NCBI GenBank assembly: GCA_963981035.1
Contig: CAXCCF010000001.1
Location: 90,572 to 154,571 of the forward strand
Reading direction: 5' to 3'
Length of the DNA: 64,000 nt
From: an uncultured euryarchaeote
GTDB lineage: Archaea > Thermoplasmatota > Poseidoniia > Poseidoniales > Poseidoniaceae
This document shows, one piece after another, positions 1 to 8,605 of the stretch (its first letter is position 1; each line of letters starts with the position of its first letter). Made by a program: the position numbers and the translations under genes. Under the pieces are notes generated by a model, which ran no database searches, was not told the origin of the DNA, and saw only the letters and a list, made by a program, of their open reading frames with translations.

Positions 1-762
1 TGCGGCGCTCTTACCACCTGCTGCAATCGCAGAGAATGCTCTATCTGGAATCAATCTTCCACCAGAAATTAGCATCTCAATCATATCTTCACTGTCAATG
101 CCAACTGCTTCAGCCTCAATGATATTGAGGATGTTACGATGGTCGATTTCAGATTTTAACAAATCCCTCAAGAATCTAACATCTGCACCCTTGTGACCAA
201 GTGATGCTAATGACTTCTTGAAATAATGTCTATCAAGGGCATTCTCATAATCTGCTAATTTAGCATCATCAGGGAGTGCCATCAATTCAGATCCAAAGGA
301 CATTCTGCGCATTTGAGTTGCTGCTGACCTCAAGTCATCAGCATTCTCTACCATTTTCAACCAAGGCGTATTGATATCATTCAATGCTGGCAAGATATTG
401 TTAGAAATAACATCGTCATCAACGTCATTGATTACTGCACGTAGAACTACCTTAGCGTTTTGATATTCAAAACGAAGTGTGTAAATTTCTACCATTGCAC
501 GAACTGCACCATTGCACATTCCGACAATCTCCTTCAACTCGTGTTCCAAGTTGTGTGTAAGTGCTGCTTCGACTAGATCTCCGCCAGAGTATTTTCCAGC
601 GTACAAATCCATTTCGGCACGGTAACCCATGTCGCCGACTGCAACGGTCATTTGTTCAGGTGATTGATTGATTAACTGACGTAGCCGTGCACGGTCCGCA
701 AGTTTTTGCCTACGCGATTTAGCGCGAGCAGCGACATAAGGGGTATTACCGAGCATTGCCAT
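1..762 (-). CDS. atpC: A/V-type ATP synthase subunit C (runs off window start)
   Basis: Not in the ORF track. ATG at 762 after GAGG RBS; reads MAMLGNTPYVAARAKSRRQKL...; follows subunit E in the archaeal H-I-K-E-C order. Confidence 0.88.
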   Translation of the reverse strand, partial: MAMLGNTPYVAARAKSRRQKLADRARLRQLINQSPEQMTVAVGDMGYRAEMDLYAGKYSGGDLVEAALTHNLEHELKEIVGMCNGAVRAMVEIYTLRFEYQNAKVVLRAVINDVDDDVISNNILPALNDINTPWLKMVENADDLRSAATQMRRMSFGSELMALPDDAKLADYENALDRHYFKKSLASLGHKGADVRFLRDLLKSEIDHRNILNIIEAEAVGIDSEDMIEMLISGGRLIPDRAFSAIAAGGKSAA

Positions 763-771
763 ATTTATTCC

Positions 772-1335
772 TCAATTGAAAAGTGTTGAATTTATTGAAG
801 CACGCTTATCTGACCAAACTTGGTTGAGAAGCGTATCAAATCTCATATCAAAGGATACCGAGCCGTCTGTTGCTTCAAGAATGAAGCCTCCTAAGCCTAC
901 AACATCATCGCCCATGCCTCTAGAGCCTGCGATATCAGATAGTGCTGCACGGTCAATTGCCACAGGTCTAACTGTGAAATCGCCAACCGCTACTTCATCT
1001 GCTTGAGCCATCAATCCTTTCAGAATTGAAGCCCTTCCAGATAATGCTGGGTCTGCTAATTGTCCTCGTGCTGCTTCAAATGTGGCATCTAATACTGCAC
1101 GACGTGCTACAAGCACGTCCTTTTGATTAGATTGACGAGCACTTGCAACGATTTCTCTTGCAAGTTGTTCTGCCTCACGTGAAGCGCGGCTTTCTGCTTC
1201 CTCTCGGATAGTGTTGGCCTTGGCTTCTGCTTCTGCAATAATCTTCTTGGCTGAAGCTTTTGCCTCCTTTAGGATGGCTTTGGCTTCTGCTTCCGCAGAT
1301 GATGCGATGTCTTTTGCTAATGTTTCGAGCGTCAT
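772..1335 (-). CDS. atpE: A/V-type ATP synthase subunit E
   Basis: Ala/Glu/Lys-rich stalk helix and C-terminal GGFILE...DMRFDTLL. Start moved to ATG 1335 (GGAGG RBS). Confidence 0.88.
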   Translation of the reverse strand: MTLETLAKDIASSAEAEAKAILKEAKASAKKIIAEAEAKANTIREEAESRASREAEQLAREIVASARQSNQKDVLVARRAVLDATFEAARGQLADPALSGRASILKGLMAQADEVAVGDFTVRPVAIDRAALSDIAGSRGMGDDVVGLGGFILEATDGSVSFDMRFDTLLNQVWSDKRASINSTLFN

Positions 1336-1390
1336 GGTATTTCCTCCAAATTTTTTCGTGTGATTGGGCGAACCCAATCGGTTTTTATCA

Positions 1391-1696
1391 TCACTTCATG
1401 AATAATGGCAAAGCACCTAGAATCACGATGGATTCAGGCAATGCTGTGAAAATAATTGCTGTACCGAACTTTGAACTATCCTCAGCAAGCATACCAACAG
1501 CTGCGCTGCCGATTGCTGCTTGAGAAATACCTGCACCGATTGCTGCAAGTCCAAGTGAGAGGCCGACTCCGACGTCTCCGGTCATTCCTGATGTTGCGTC
1601 ATCGGTTGGTTCTGCTGCTACACCTTGTGCTACAAGGGTTAGTGCTAGCATTACAATCAGTGCGCGTAGGCTATTTTTTAGGGTGTTTACATTCAT
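1391..1696 (-). CDS. atpK: A/V-type ATP synthase proteolipid subunit K/c (single hairpin with N-terminal extension)
   Basis: GLAAIGAGISQAAIG and LPESIVI with the ion-binding Glu; operon position. Confidence 0.93.
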   Translation of the reverse strand: MNVNTLKNSLRALIVMLALTLVAQGVAAEPTDDATSGMTGDVGVGLSLGLAAIGAGISQAAIGSAAVGMLAEDSSKFGTAIIFTALPESIVILGALPLFMK

Positions 1697-1710
1697 TTTT
1701 GCTACCTCCG

Positions 1711-3789
1711 TTATTGTCCAGTGGACTGTGATTCACCCTCAACATGTAGGGTGCGGCCGCCTAGTGGATTGAAAATCACACCAGAGCCGTCGTAAAACTT
1801 GCCCATCCATTCCACAAAGTGGAGACGGATTGCGTGAATACTCGGCGAGAGTATTCCCAGGGCCAAAGCGAATATTTGTATGAAGACAAACAGAACAAGT
1901 CCGAATATGAAACTAATAATATCTCCATTGCCAATAGAAGAGGACATTAGATCCCAACCCATTGTAATTGATACCTCTGCGATTTTGACACCAGCCACAC
2001 CGACTGCCATAATACGCAAGTATGAGAGTGTATTTGCTAAAAGTCCGAATGTCTCAATTGGACCCATGATAACTCCACCTATCCATCCGAATTTTTCAAA
2101 TATTGCAAGACCGATTATCAAACTGATGATTCCAACAAAGAGCATTATTGTCCATTCTTGGATTTCAAACAAGTCATTGTATCCACTGACCATATTTCGG
2201 CATTGCATGAAACCGCCGATTAGAATTAAAATCCATGAACCCTTTTCAAAATATGCTGCTGTAAGTCCATGTGCTTTGTAGACATTGACAAACCCAATAA
2301 TGAATCCAGTAAATAGGTGCAAGACTCCGATATAGATTGAAAGAAGAAGGTATTCTTGTAGACCATGTCCATCAACTGCTCGGTGGAATGGCATGTGTAG
2401 CCCTGTCAATCCAGTTAAGGATGCCATGGTTTCTGGGACATGGAATGTATCATATGTCCATGAATAGAAATCAGCTAAAAATCCAATAGTAGGTCCAGAT
2501 GCTCCTTCTTTGCCATCCCAAATGAATCCGAATCCTTCTGCGAAAACAATTCCCCAAATGATACACCAAACGCCCATCCAAGAGAGAATAGTAATTCCAC
2601 TCTTGGCCATTGGCTCGACTGCGAACGGCTTGCTACCAAGCCATTTTGCGAGAAGGAATATGATTAGACCGTATCCCCAATCACCCAATATCATTCCATA
2701 GACAATAGGGAAGGTCATCATCATCATTACAGTAGGGTCAAAAGTTCCATACTTTGGACGGCCTACTAAATCCACAAGCATCTCAAACGGCTTTGAAACT
2801 GTACCGTTATCTAATGCGATTGGAGGATTTACCTGGTGGTGCCCATCTTCTTCATCGTGATGATGGTGGTCCTCAACATGTTCTACAACTTCAACGTGAG
2901 ATGCCATTTTTGAAAGTGCTTCTTTTACTGCAGATGAATTTGAAGTTGGAACCCATGCATCAATAGCGAATGCTTGATTTGAAACTGCACATAGTGTTGG
3001 TGCGGTGAATATTGCGTCTTCTCTTGTTAGATACTCATCAACTATCACAAGATCTCTGCCATGAGATGCAAGCCATGATTCTCCTGCTGCTGTGTTCTTG
3101 CTTACAGATGTCATCAATTTGCCAAGTTCCTTTGTGAGAGAGGAAATAACCTCTGAAGGGGAACCCACGCCACTTGGGACCTGAATCGCTCTAGCATTGT
3201 GATCGTTCATAATCAATTGAACATCGGTAGAATGTTTAGGTAGGCATGCAATTGCTATCACATTTGATTCTGCATGAACTTCAACATTTCCGCCCAATTC
3301 TTGGACTATTGTTTTGTACAGAGAGTTGGTTTTTGCAGATTCTGCAACATAGACTTCTAAACGGTCTGTGCTTGTAAGCAAATCTAGTGGAATGTTAAGT
3401 GGAGCAATTCTCCTCAACAATGCAAGTTGGTCGCTCTTTGTTTCAATCTCTGCTTCAGCATCTCTTACCGCATCGGCAAATGCAAGTCCTTGGTCAACAA
3501 TTTCTTCAAATCCTGAATTAATTAATTTTTGAACTTCTGCGACCGACTTTGGTCCTTTGGTATTGTTCGGTGAGTAATGTGATTTTGCACCCCGGACCTT
3601 TGCAAGCAATGAACTCACTGAATTCGCATTTGCACTGCTAATAGCTTGACCGACTCCAATTCCATCTTCAAAATTACCATATTCCTCAATGTGTACGCAA
3701 CCCATGTCCGAACAAATACGTAGTATCTGCTCCATCTTATTGACAGGGGCAGCCACTGTCAAACGGGACATGTCAACGGTCACAAACAT
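1711..3789 (-). CDS. atpI: A/V-type ATP synthase subunit I/a
   Basis: GRPKYGTFDPT, LANTLSYLRIMA (essential Arg), HAIRLHFVEW motifs. Confidence 0.95.
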   Translation of the reverse strand: MFVTVDMSRLTVAAPVNKMEQILRICSDMGCVHIEEYGNFEDGIGVGQAISSANANSVSSLLAKVRGAKSHYSPNNTKGPKSVAEVQKLINSGFEEIVDQGLAFADAVRDAEAEIETKSDQLALLRRIAPLNIPLDLLTSTDRLEVYVAESAKTNSLYKTIVQELGGNVEVHAESNVIAIACLPKHSTDVQLIMNDHNARAIQVPSGVGSPSEVISSLTKELGKLMTSVSKNTAAGESWLASHGRDLVIVDEYLTREDAIFTAPTLCAVSNQAFAIDAWVPTSNSSAVKEALSKMASHVEVVEHVEDHHHHDEEDGHHQVNPPIALDNGTVSKPFEMLVDLVGRPKYGTFDPTVMMMMTFPIVYGMILGDWGYGLIIFLLAKWLGSKPFAVEPMAKSGITILSWMGVWCIIWGIVFAEGFGFIWDGKEGASGPTIGFLADFYSWTYDTFHVPETMASLTGLTGLHMPFHRAVDGHGLQEYLLLSIYIGVLHLFTGFIIGFVNVYKAHGLTAAYFEKGSWILILIGGFMQCRNMVSGYNDLFEIQEWTIMLFVGIISLIIGLAIFEKFGWIGGVIMGPIETFGLLANTLSYLRIMAVGVAGVKIAEVSITMGWDLMSSSIGNGDIISFIFGLVLFVFIQIFALALGILSPSIHAIRLHFVEWMGKFYDGSGVIFNPLGGRTLHVEGESQSTGQ

Positions 3790-3799
3790 TGTATCACCC

Positions 3800-4117
3800 T
3801 TACTGCGGCATTAGAGAATCTACGATTAATTGAACTGCATCACCGGTACGGCCATTTGCAGAGGATTCGATTGCTTCAACTCCTTTTGCTCCCTTGGATT
3901 TTACTTTATCAGCATCCTTATTTGCTGATTTTCGTGCTTTATCCATTGTTGATTGAGTATTCTTAACTGAATCATCGGTTGCTTCAGTAATCAATTCTGA
4001 TGCTTGTCTTCTTGCATCAGACATTAATTTTGAGGATTCATCTTGTGCTTCGGACAGGCGCTTTTCAGCAGCCTGTTCTGCATCCTTGATGCTTCTTAGA
4101 ACTTCAGCCATACCCAT
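3800..4117 (-). CDS. atpH: A/V-type ATP synthase subunit H/G (peripheral stalk)
   Basis: Short charged coiled coil (IKDAEQAAEKRLSEA); first gene of the operon. Start at ATG 4117 after GGTGA. Confidence 0.8.
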   Translation of the reverse strand: MGMAEVLRSIKDAEQAAEKRLSEAQDESSKLMSDARRQASELITEATDDSVKNTQSTMDKARKSANKDADKVKSKGAKGVEAIESSANGRTGDAVQLIVDSLMPQ

Positions 4118-4245
4118 AGCAATCACCAATATTGACGGCGAGATGAAAGGGGTTTATGAGAGTAGTGGGGTAAATTGTTGGCGATTTCTCCCACAAAATA
4201 ACTAAAAAGGGTGTTTTTGACAAGTGTTTAACTTGCAATATTTAC

Positions 4246-4989
4246 TCACTGCGGCTTCCTTCCGCGAAACCTGCTCGCCATTCCAAATGGCAGTAATAAG
4301 CGGCCTTGCACTTCATTAAAGCCAACTTCTTTCATCATTTTACGATAATATCCATTACTGCCATAATGCGTATAAGTTCTTGCAAGTCCTTTCCATGGGT
4401 GGTTTTTGTCTTTGGTAATTATTCGTGCCATCAACTGGACTACTGTCGCCATCCAGATAGCGCCGAACAGCCCATGTAACCAATTTGCTTTCCCAGCATC
4501 ACATATGACAAGTTGTCCACCTGGCTTTAATACCCTCATAATCTCTGTTAATCCTTGCTTTTTATCTTTGAAATCTCTAAAGGAAAATAAACAAAAAACC
4601 ATGTCGAATTCATCGTCGGGCAAAGGAATATTTTCTGCGATTGCTTCAACATAATTTGCAGGTTCTTCTCCACGTGAAAGTCGTGCGGAATCGACACGCT
4701 CTTTGGCAAATTTTAGCATCAATGCTGATGGATCTAAACATGTGACATCTAATCCAACTAAATCTTCTGCGAATGAACCAGGGCCACAACCGACTTCGAG
4801 TATTTTCATACCCTCAGTAGCATGATTACGGACATTTCTCCTCCATCTTTTATCCTGTCCGAAAGTCATCCATTTGTTGACCCGGTCATAATTAGGAATT
4901 GTTGCTTCAAGCTGTAATTCTAATTCCTTCCATGCCTCTTCATCAATGCCCGATGGATCAAAACCACCAGTAGCATCACGCGTAGCCAT
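4246..4989 (-). CDS. ubiE: UbiE/MenG-family SAM-dependent methyltransferase (probable demethylmenaquinone methyltransferase)
   Basis: YDRVNKWMTFGQDKRWR, LEVGCGPG, RVLKPGG. Confidence 0.78.
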   Translation of the reverse strand: MATRDATGGFDPSGIDEEAWKELELQLEATIPNYDRVNKWMTFGQDKRWRRNVRNHATEGMKILEVGCGPGSFAEDLVGLDVTCLDPSALMLKFAKERVDSARLSRGEEPANYVEAIAENIPLPDDEFDMVFCLFSFRDFKDKKQGLTEIMRVLKPGGQLVICDAGKANWLHGLFGAIWMATVVQLMARIITKDKNHPWKGLARTYTHYGSNGYYRKMMKEVGFNEVQGRLLLPFGMASRFRGRKPQ

Positions 4990-5056
4990 ATCTTTCGCGG
5001 GCTAGGGCTTGCCTTTTGAGTTGTCGCTTGAATACCAGCGTATTCAATTTTGATTC

Positions 5057-5860
5057 TCAGGAAATACGCTCTACTGTTTCTGGAGTAATACCTTCTGCAG
5101 GAGTCACTCTGAAAACGAGAATTTTCAAATTTTCTGGAGCGTTACGGAACTTTGAAACTATCATTGAAGTTTCGAAATCAGTTCCTATTGTCCGAACTTT
5201 AAATGAAAGAACCATGTCAGCAATTGAGGCTAATTCTTGTTTTATTGAAGGATTCAATCCATCGTTAGAGATGTTGATTAGCAATAGTCCGCGCATCAAT
5301 TGTGCATGTGCTTGTAGCATTCTAACCATTGCAACCACTTTGGAATTATCTTCTCTTTGCAAAAAGAAATCTAAATTGTCAATTACCACTCTAAAATATG
5401 GCCCGAGTGACATGATTTCATTCGTTACTTCGGTTAGATAATCTTGGTGTGTTTCGTCTACGAATCTCGTTTGGGCCAGACGTTGAATATCCTCTAATCT
5501 AAAACCTTCAAGACGATATCTACTAGCGAGTAACTCCTTTTCCAAGACTTCGCTATTGTATTCTTCTCCAATGGTTCTAACATTAATGTCTAATGGCCAT
5601 CCGTATTTTTTGAAAACACGTGCGATTTCTTGTTGACCCTCATTGGTTGAAACATATAATGTATTTTCTGACTCTTCTGCTGGTGAAGTGAATTGTTTAC
5701 CAAATAATTCTGAACCTGAACCAGTATCTGTAAAACTGACCATTGTGAATCCTCTTGGAACACCACCATGCATTTCTCCATCGAATTTAGGAACTCCAAA
5801 AGAACCTACTGCGCCGAAGAACTCTTCATCTTCTTTCTTGAATGTATATTGCTTATTCAT
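5057..5860 (-). CDS. KaiC/RAD55-family ATPase with degenerate Walker A
   Basis: FGVPKFD...GGVPRG start; TDTGSGSE lacks GKT; VVIDN; IADMVL; SKFRN. Confidence 0.75.
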   Translation of the reverse strand: MNKQYTFKKEDEEFFGAVGSFGVPKFDGEMHGGVPRGFTMVSFTDTGSGSELFGKQFTSPAEESENTLYVSTNEGQQEIARVFKKYGWPLDINVRTIGEEYNSEVLEKELLASRYRLEGFRLEDIQRLAQTRFVDETHQDYLTEVTNEIMSLGPYFRVVIDNLDFFLQREDNSKVVAMVRMLQAHAQLMRGLLLINISNDGLNPSIKQELASIADMVLSFKVRTIGTDFETSMIVSKFRNAPENLKILVFRVTPAEGITPETVERIS

Positions 5861-5870
5861 AACAAATACC

Positions 5871-6455
5871 TCAATGAATTACCACTTGCCCTCGATCGAT
5901 TAAATCAGTACAATACAAATCAAGATTTGATAGTACCAACGGAGATGTTTGGTCTGGAACATTTATGATTACAGAAAGAACTTCTCTTTGTCTAAAGGTG
6001 TTTATGAATGTGTGAAGATACTCTGCAAGCATCCTGTCTTCGTTATAAATCGCCAAAGAATTGACGCTGTCCAAGATAATAAAATTACGTTCATTTGCTG
6101 TTGTTCTCAATAAATATAGAGTACGGAGCAAAATTGATTCAAGCATAATAGGTGAGTCTACGAAATGGATATTTGGTCTATCAACATCTGTCCCGCCCAG
6201 AACTCCTGAAGATACTAAATCAATGAATTGAATGTGCGAGACATCGATTCCAATTGTTTCAAATGCTTCAATCATTTCAATTGCGCTTCTACTTCCAGAA
6301 ATGTAAACTCCGCCCATTTCAAACATCTGCATCAATGGAACCATTGTACTAGCCGTGACCATGAATGCATTCGAATTGCCGCAACGAACTTGAACTGCAC
6401 TATTTAGAGCAACTTCGGTGAGTTGCTCTGCGATTCTTTGATCTAATTCAAACAT
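5871..6455 (-). CDS. Inactive RecA/KaiC-fold protein
   Basis: GGVYIS, IQFIDLVS, IILDSVNSLAIYN (Walker B-like); no Walker A. Start moved to ATG 6455, just past the upstream stop. Confidence 0.6.
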   Translation of the reverse strand: MFELDQRIAEQLTEVALNSAVQVRCGNSNAFMVTASTMVPLMQMFEMGGVYISGSRSAIEMIEAFETIGIDVSHIQFIDLVSSGVLGGTDVDRPNIHFVDSPIMLESILLRTLYLLRTTANERNFIILDSVNSLAIYNEDRMLAEYLHTFINTFRQREVLSVIINVPDQTSPLVLSNLDLYCTDLIDRGQVVIH

Positions 6456-6457
6456 AA

Positions 6458-7240
6458 TCAAGCACCCCATCTGCCTTGCTTATCGCTTTGTGCGCCCCAC
6501 TTGAGCATTGGAGTTAACATTACACCAATCGGAGTCAATTCAATAGCATGTTTGGCCCTAGAATGTGAAGTTCCACGCATTTTTACAACTTGTAAAAATC
6601 TTAGCAAGTGGCCCATTCTTTCAACATCGCCCATCACAAGAATTCCGTCTGCAATCGCTTCTTCTACACCGAAAGATGACCAATGTGCATTTTCTGTAGC
6701 AGAAGTTATCTCTGAAACCAGTATAGTAGTACAACCAAGGGTTGACAATTTCTTTCCTAATGTGAAAAGGAAATCACGGATTAATTGTTCCGACTTGATT
6801 TTGTAACAAAGCGTAGTCACTGAGTCAATTACTAATCGTGTTACACCGATTGTGTTGACGATGTCAACGATTGCCTTAATCAATGCGTGAACGTCATCCA
6901 AATCAAAAGATGATTTTTCTAAACCTAACCAAGAATATAATACATCCATATCGAATACATTAATTAATCCTGTATCGACCATATTCATGTCAAAAAATGC
7001 AAATTGGCGGATATTTTCTAATAATTTGACCGAGGGTTCCGTTGCGGTAAAATGCGCACATGCCTCGCCTGCCAATGCCCCTCTAACCAAGAATTCCATG
7101 GCCACAGTTGTCTTTCCGGAACCACATGTTCCAGATGCCAAAACAGTTGAACCATATGGAATTCCCCCTCTCAGAATTTCATCTAATCCGTGGATGCCTG
7201 TAACGCATCTATCACGGGTGTAAACTGCTGCCGGCTGCAT
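6458..7240 (-). CDS. Single-domain KaiC-family ATPase
   Basis: TGIHGLDEILRGGIP, Walker A GTCGSGKT, Walker B LVIDS, GVEEAIADG, KMRGTSH. Confidence 0.9.
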   Translation of the reverse strand: MQPAAVYTRDRCVTGIHGLDEILRGGIPYGSTVLASGTCGSGKTTVAMEFLVRGALAGEACAHFTATEPSVKLLENIRQFAFFDMNMVDTGLINVFDMDVLYSWLGLEKSSFDLDDVHALIKAIVDIVNTIGVTRLVIDSVTTLCYKIKSEQLIRDFLFTLGKKLSTLGCTTILVSEITSATENAHWSSFGVEEAIADGILVMGDVERMGHLLRFLQVVKMRGTSHSRAKHAIELTPIGVMLTPMLKWGAQSDKQGRWGA

Positions 7241-7343
7241 GGGAACAAATACATCGAAACAGTTTGGGTTGATGAACTGTGCGCCGCAAAAGGGCTGTGA
7301 ATGTGATTATTGGAACATCGGAACAACACACAAAGTGTAAAAA

Positions 7344-8420
7344 TCAATTTCCAGGAGTCGGGTTGTTGGAAATGGACCATGAAGTGGAATCGAACATTGA
7401 TGTGCCATCCCAAACAATTGATTGGCCATTGACTAGGAACAAACCTGTATCTCCTCCCCAATTTATTCTCTGAATAACTGCAGGTTGTGATTCAAACACT
7501 TGAGTATATTTCAAGGTCAATTTTCCATTACCATTTGCCAAATTATCAATTGAACCAACTCCAAGAAAACCTTCAACTCCTAAATCAATTACTTCACTTG
7601 CATTTCCAGCATCTTGGCTTGATGGGTCGCCTGTGAAAATTGCAGTTGCATGCCCCGTTATTATTCCCTCTTTTAGAAGTAGGTTAGATGTTGAAGAACC
7701 AGAGGTATGTTCAAGTGACCAACCATACAAAGATATGGCGAAGTCATTCGGATTATAGATTTCAATCCATTCTGCTCCTGATTGAGATGGACGGGGATGA
7801 ACTTCCGTAATTTGCAATTGATTATTCTTACGCCCACCGTCGTGAACTTCAAGGATTATCTGAATTGTTTCATCATTTTGATAGAAATTACGGTACGATG
7901 TAGAAGATGCCCGAGTACCTGATTTATCTGTTCCACCATCGAATAAGACCGCTCCTACACGTTGTGCTTCAGTGCTATCAGTGACCATAATGTTCAGATG
8001 AAAACTATATCCTTCTGGCAATCCGATTCCTAATGCGAAACCGTCCTCGCTGATATTGTGCAATGCGTTGATTTTTGAATCATTTAGTTCCCCGTCAACT
8101 AATAATCCAGCTTGCACTCTTCCCTCTTCTAATTGTTGAGCAGGAAATAAGTGCCAATTTGCAGTTGCATTATCATAATCTAATTGTTCATTAGTCAACG
8201 GGACGAACCAACCTTCATCTGAACTAATACGATCCATGCCAAGTACAGCCGCACTATCCAATCGGTCAAGAGATGGGTCATTTGAACCCATTTCCAATTG
8301 GGCTAAAGATAAAAATGCAGTTAGTATCATTAAGAATAATACAAACGCTGTTAAAAATTCAATAACTGCAGTTATTGCTCCATTGTCTCTCTCTGTGTGA
8401 GAGTAAACGGGTCCCTGCAT
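7344..8420 (-). CDS. Surface protein with class III (pilin-like) signal and C-terminal lamin-tail domain
   Basis: ERDNG/AITAVIEFLTAFVLFLMIL N-terminus; ITEVHPRP...EWIEIYNPNDFAISLYGWSL lamin-tail signature. Start moved to ATG 8420. Confidence 0.65.
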   Translation of the reverse strand: MQGPVYSHTERDNGAITAVIEFLTAFVLFLMILTAFLSLAQLEMGSNDPSLDRLDSAAVLGMDRISSDEGWFVPLTNEQLDYDNATANWHLFPAQQLEEGRVQAGLLVDGELNDSKINALHNISEDGFALGIGLPEGYSFHLNIMVTDSTEAQRVGAVLFDGGTDKSGTRASSTSYRNFYQNDETIQIILEVHDGGRKNNQLQITEVHPRPSQSGAEWIEIYNPNDFAISLYGWSLEHTSGSSTSNLLLKEGIITGHATAIFTGDPSSQDAGNASEVIDLGVEGFLGVGSIDNLANGNGKLTLKYTQVFESQPAVIQRINWGGDTGLFLVNGQSIVWDGTSMFDSTSWSISNNPTPGN

Positions 8421-8605
8421 AATACGAGGTGTGGTTTGACGATTCAAGAGGTTGCCGCATATTTATTCTTCATGGGCAAGGAAAAAACAGTTTTTGTTAA
8501 TGGCCGTAATTATTTTCTCGGCTGATTGTAAAAGGGCACATTTAGCCATCGTAATCCCTTTCGGGGGCGATGACTCTTTGAATCCCCCTTGCGAGGCACT
8601 GGGTG

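Noticed and set aside
5057-7240. Cyanobacterial-type circadian clock
   Set aside because: Single-domain proteins with no CII Ser/Thr phosphosites and no kaiA or kaiB in the window.
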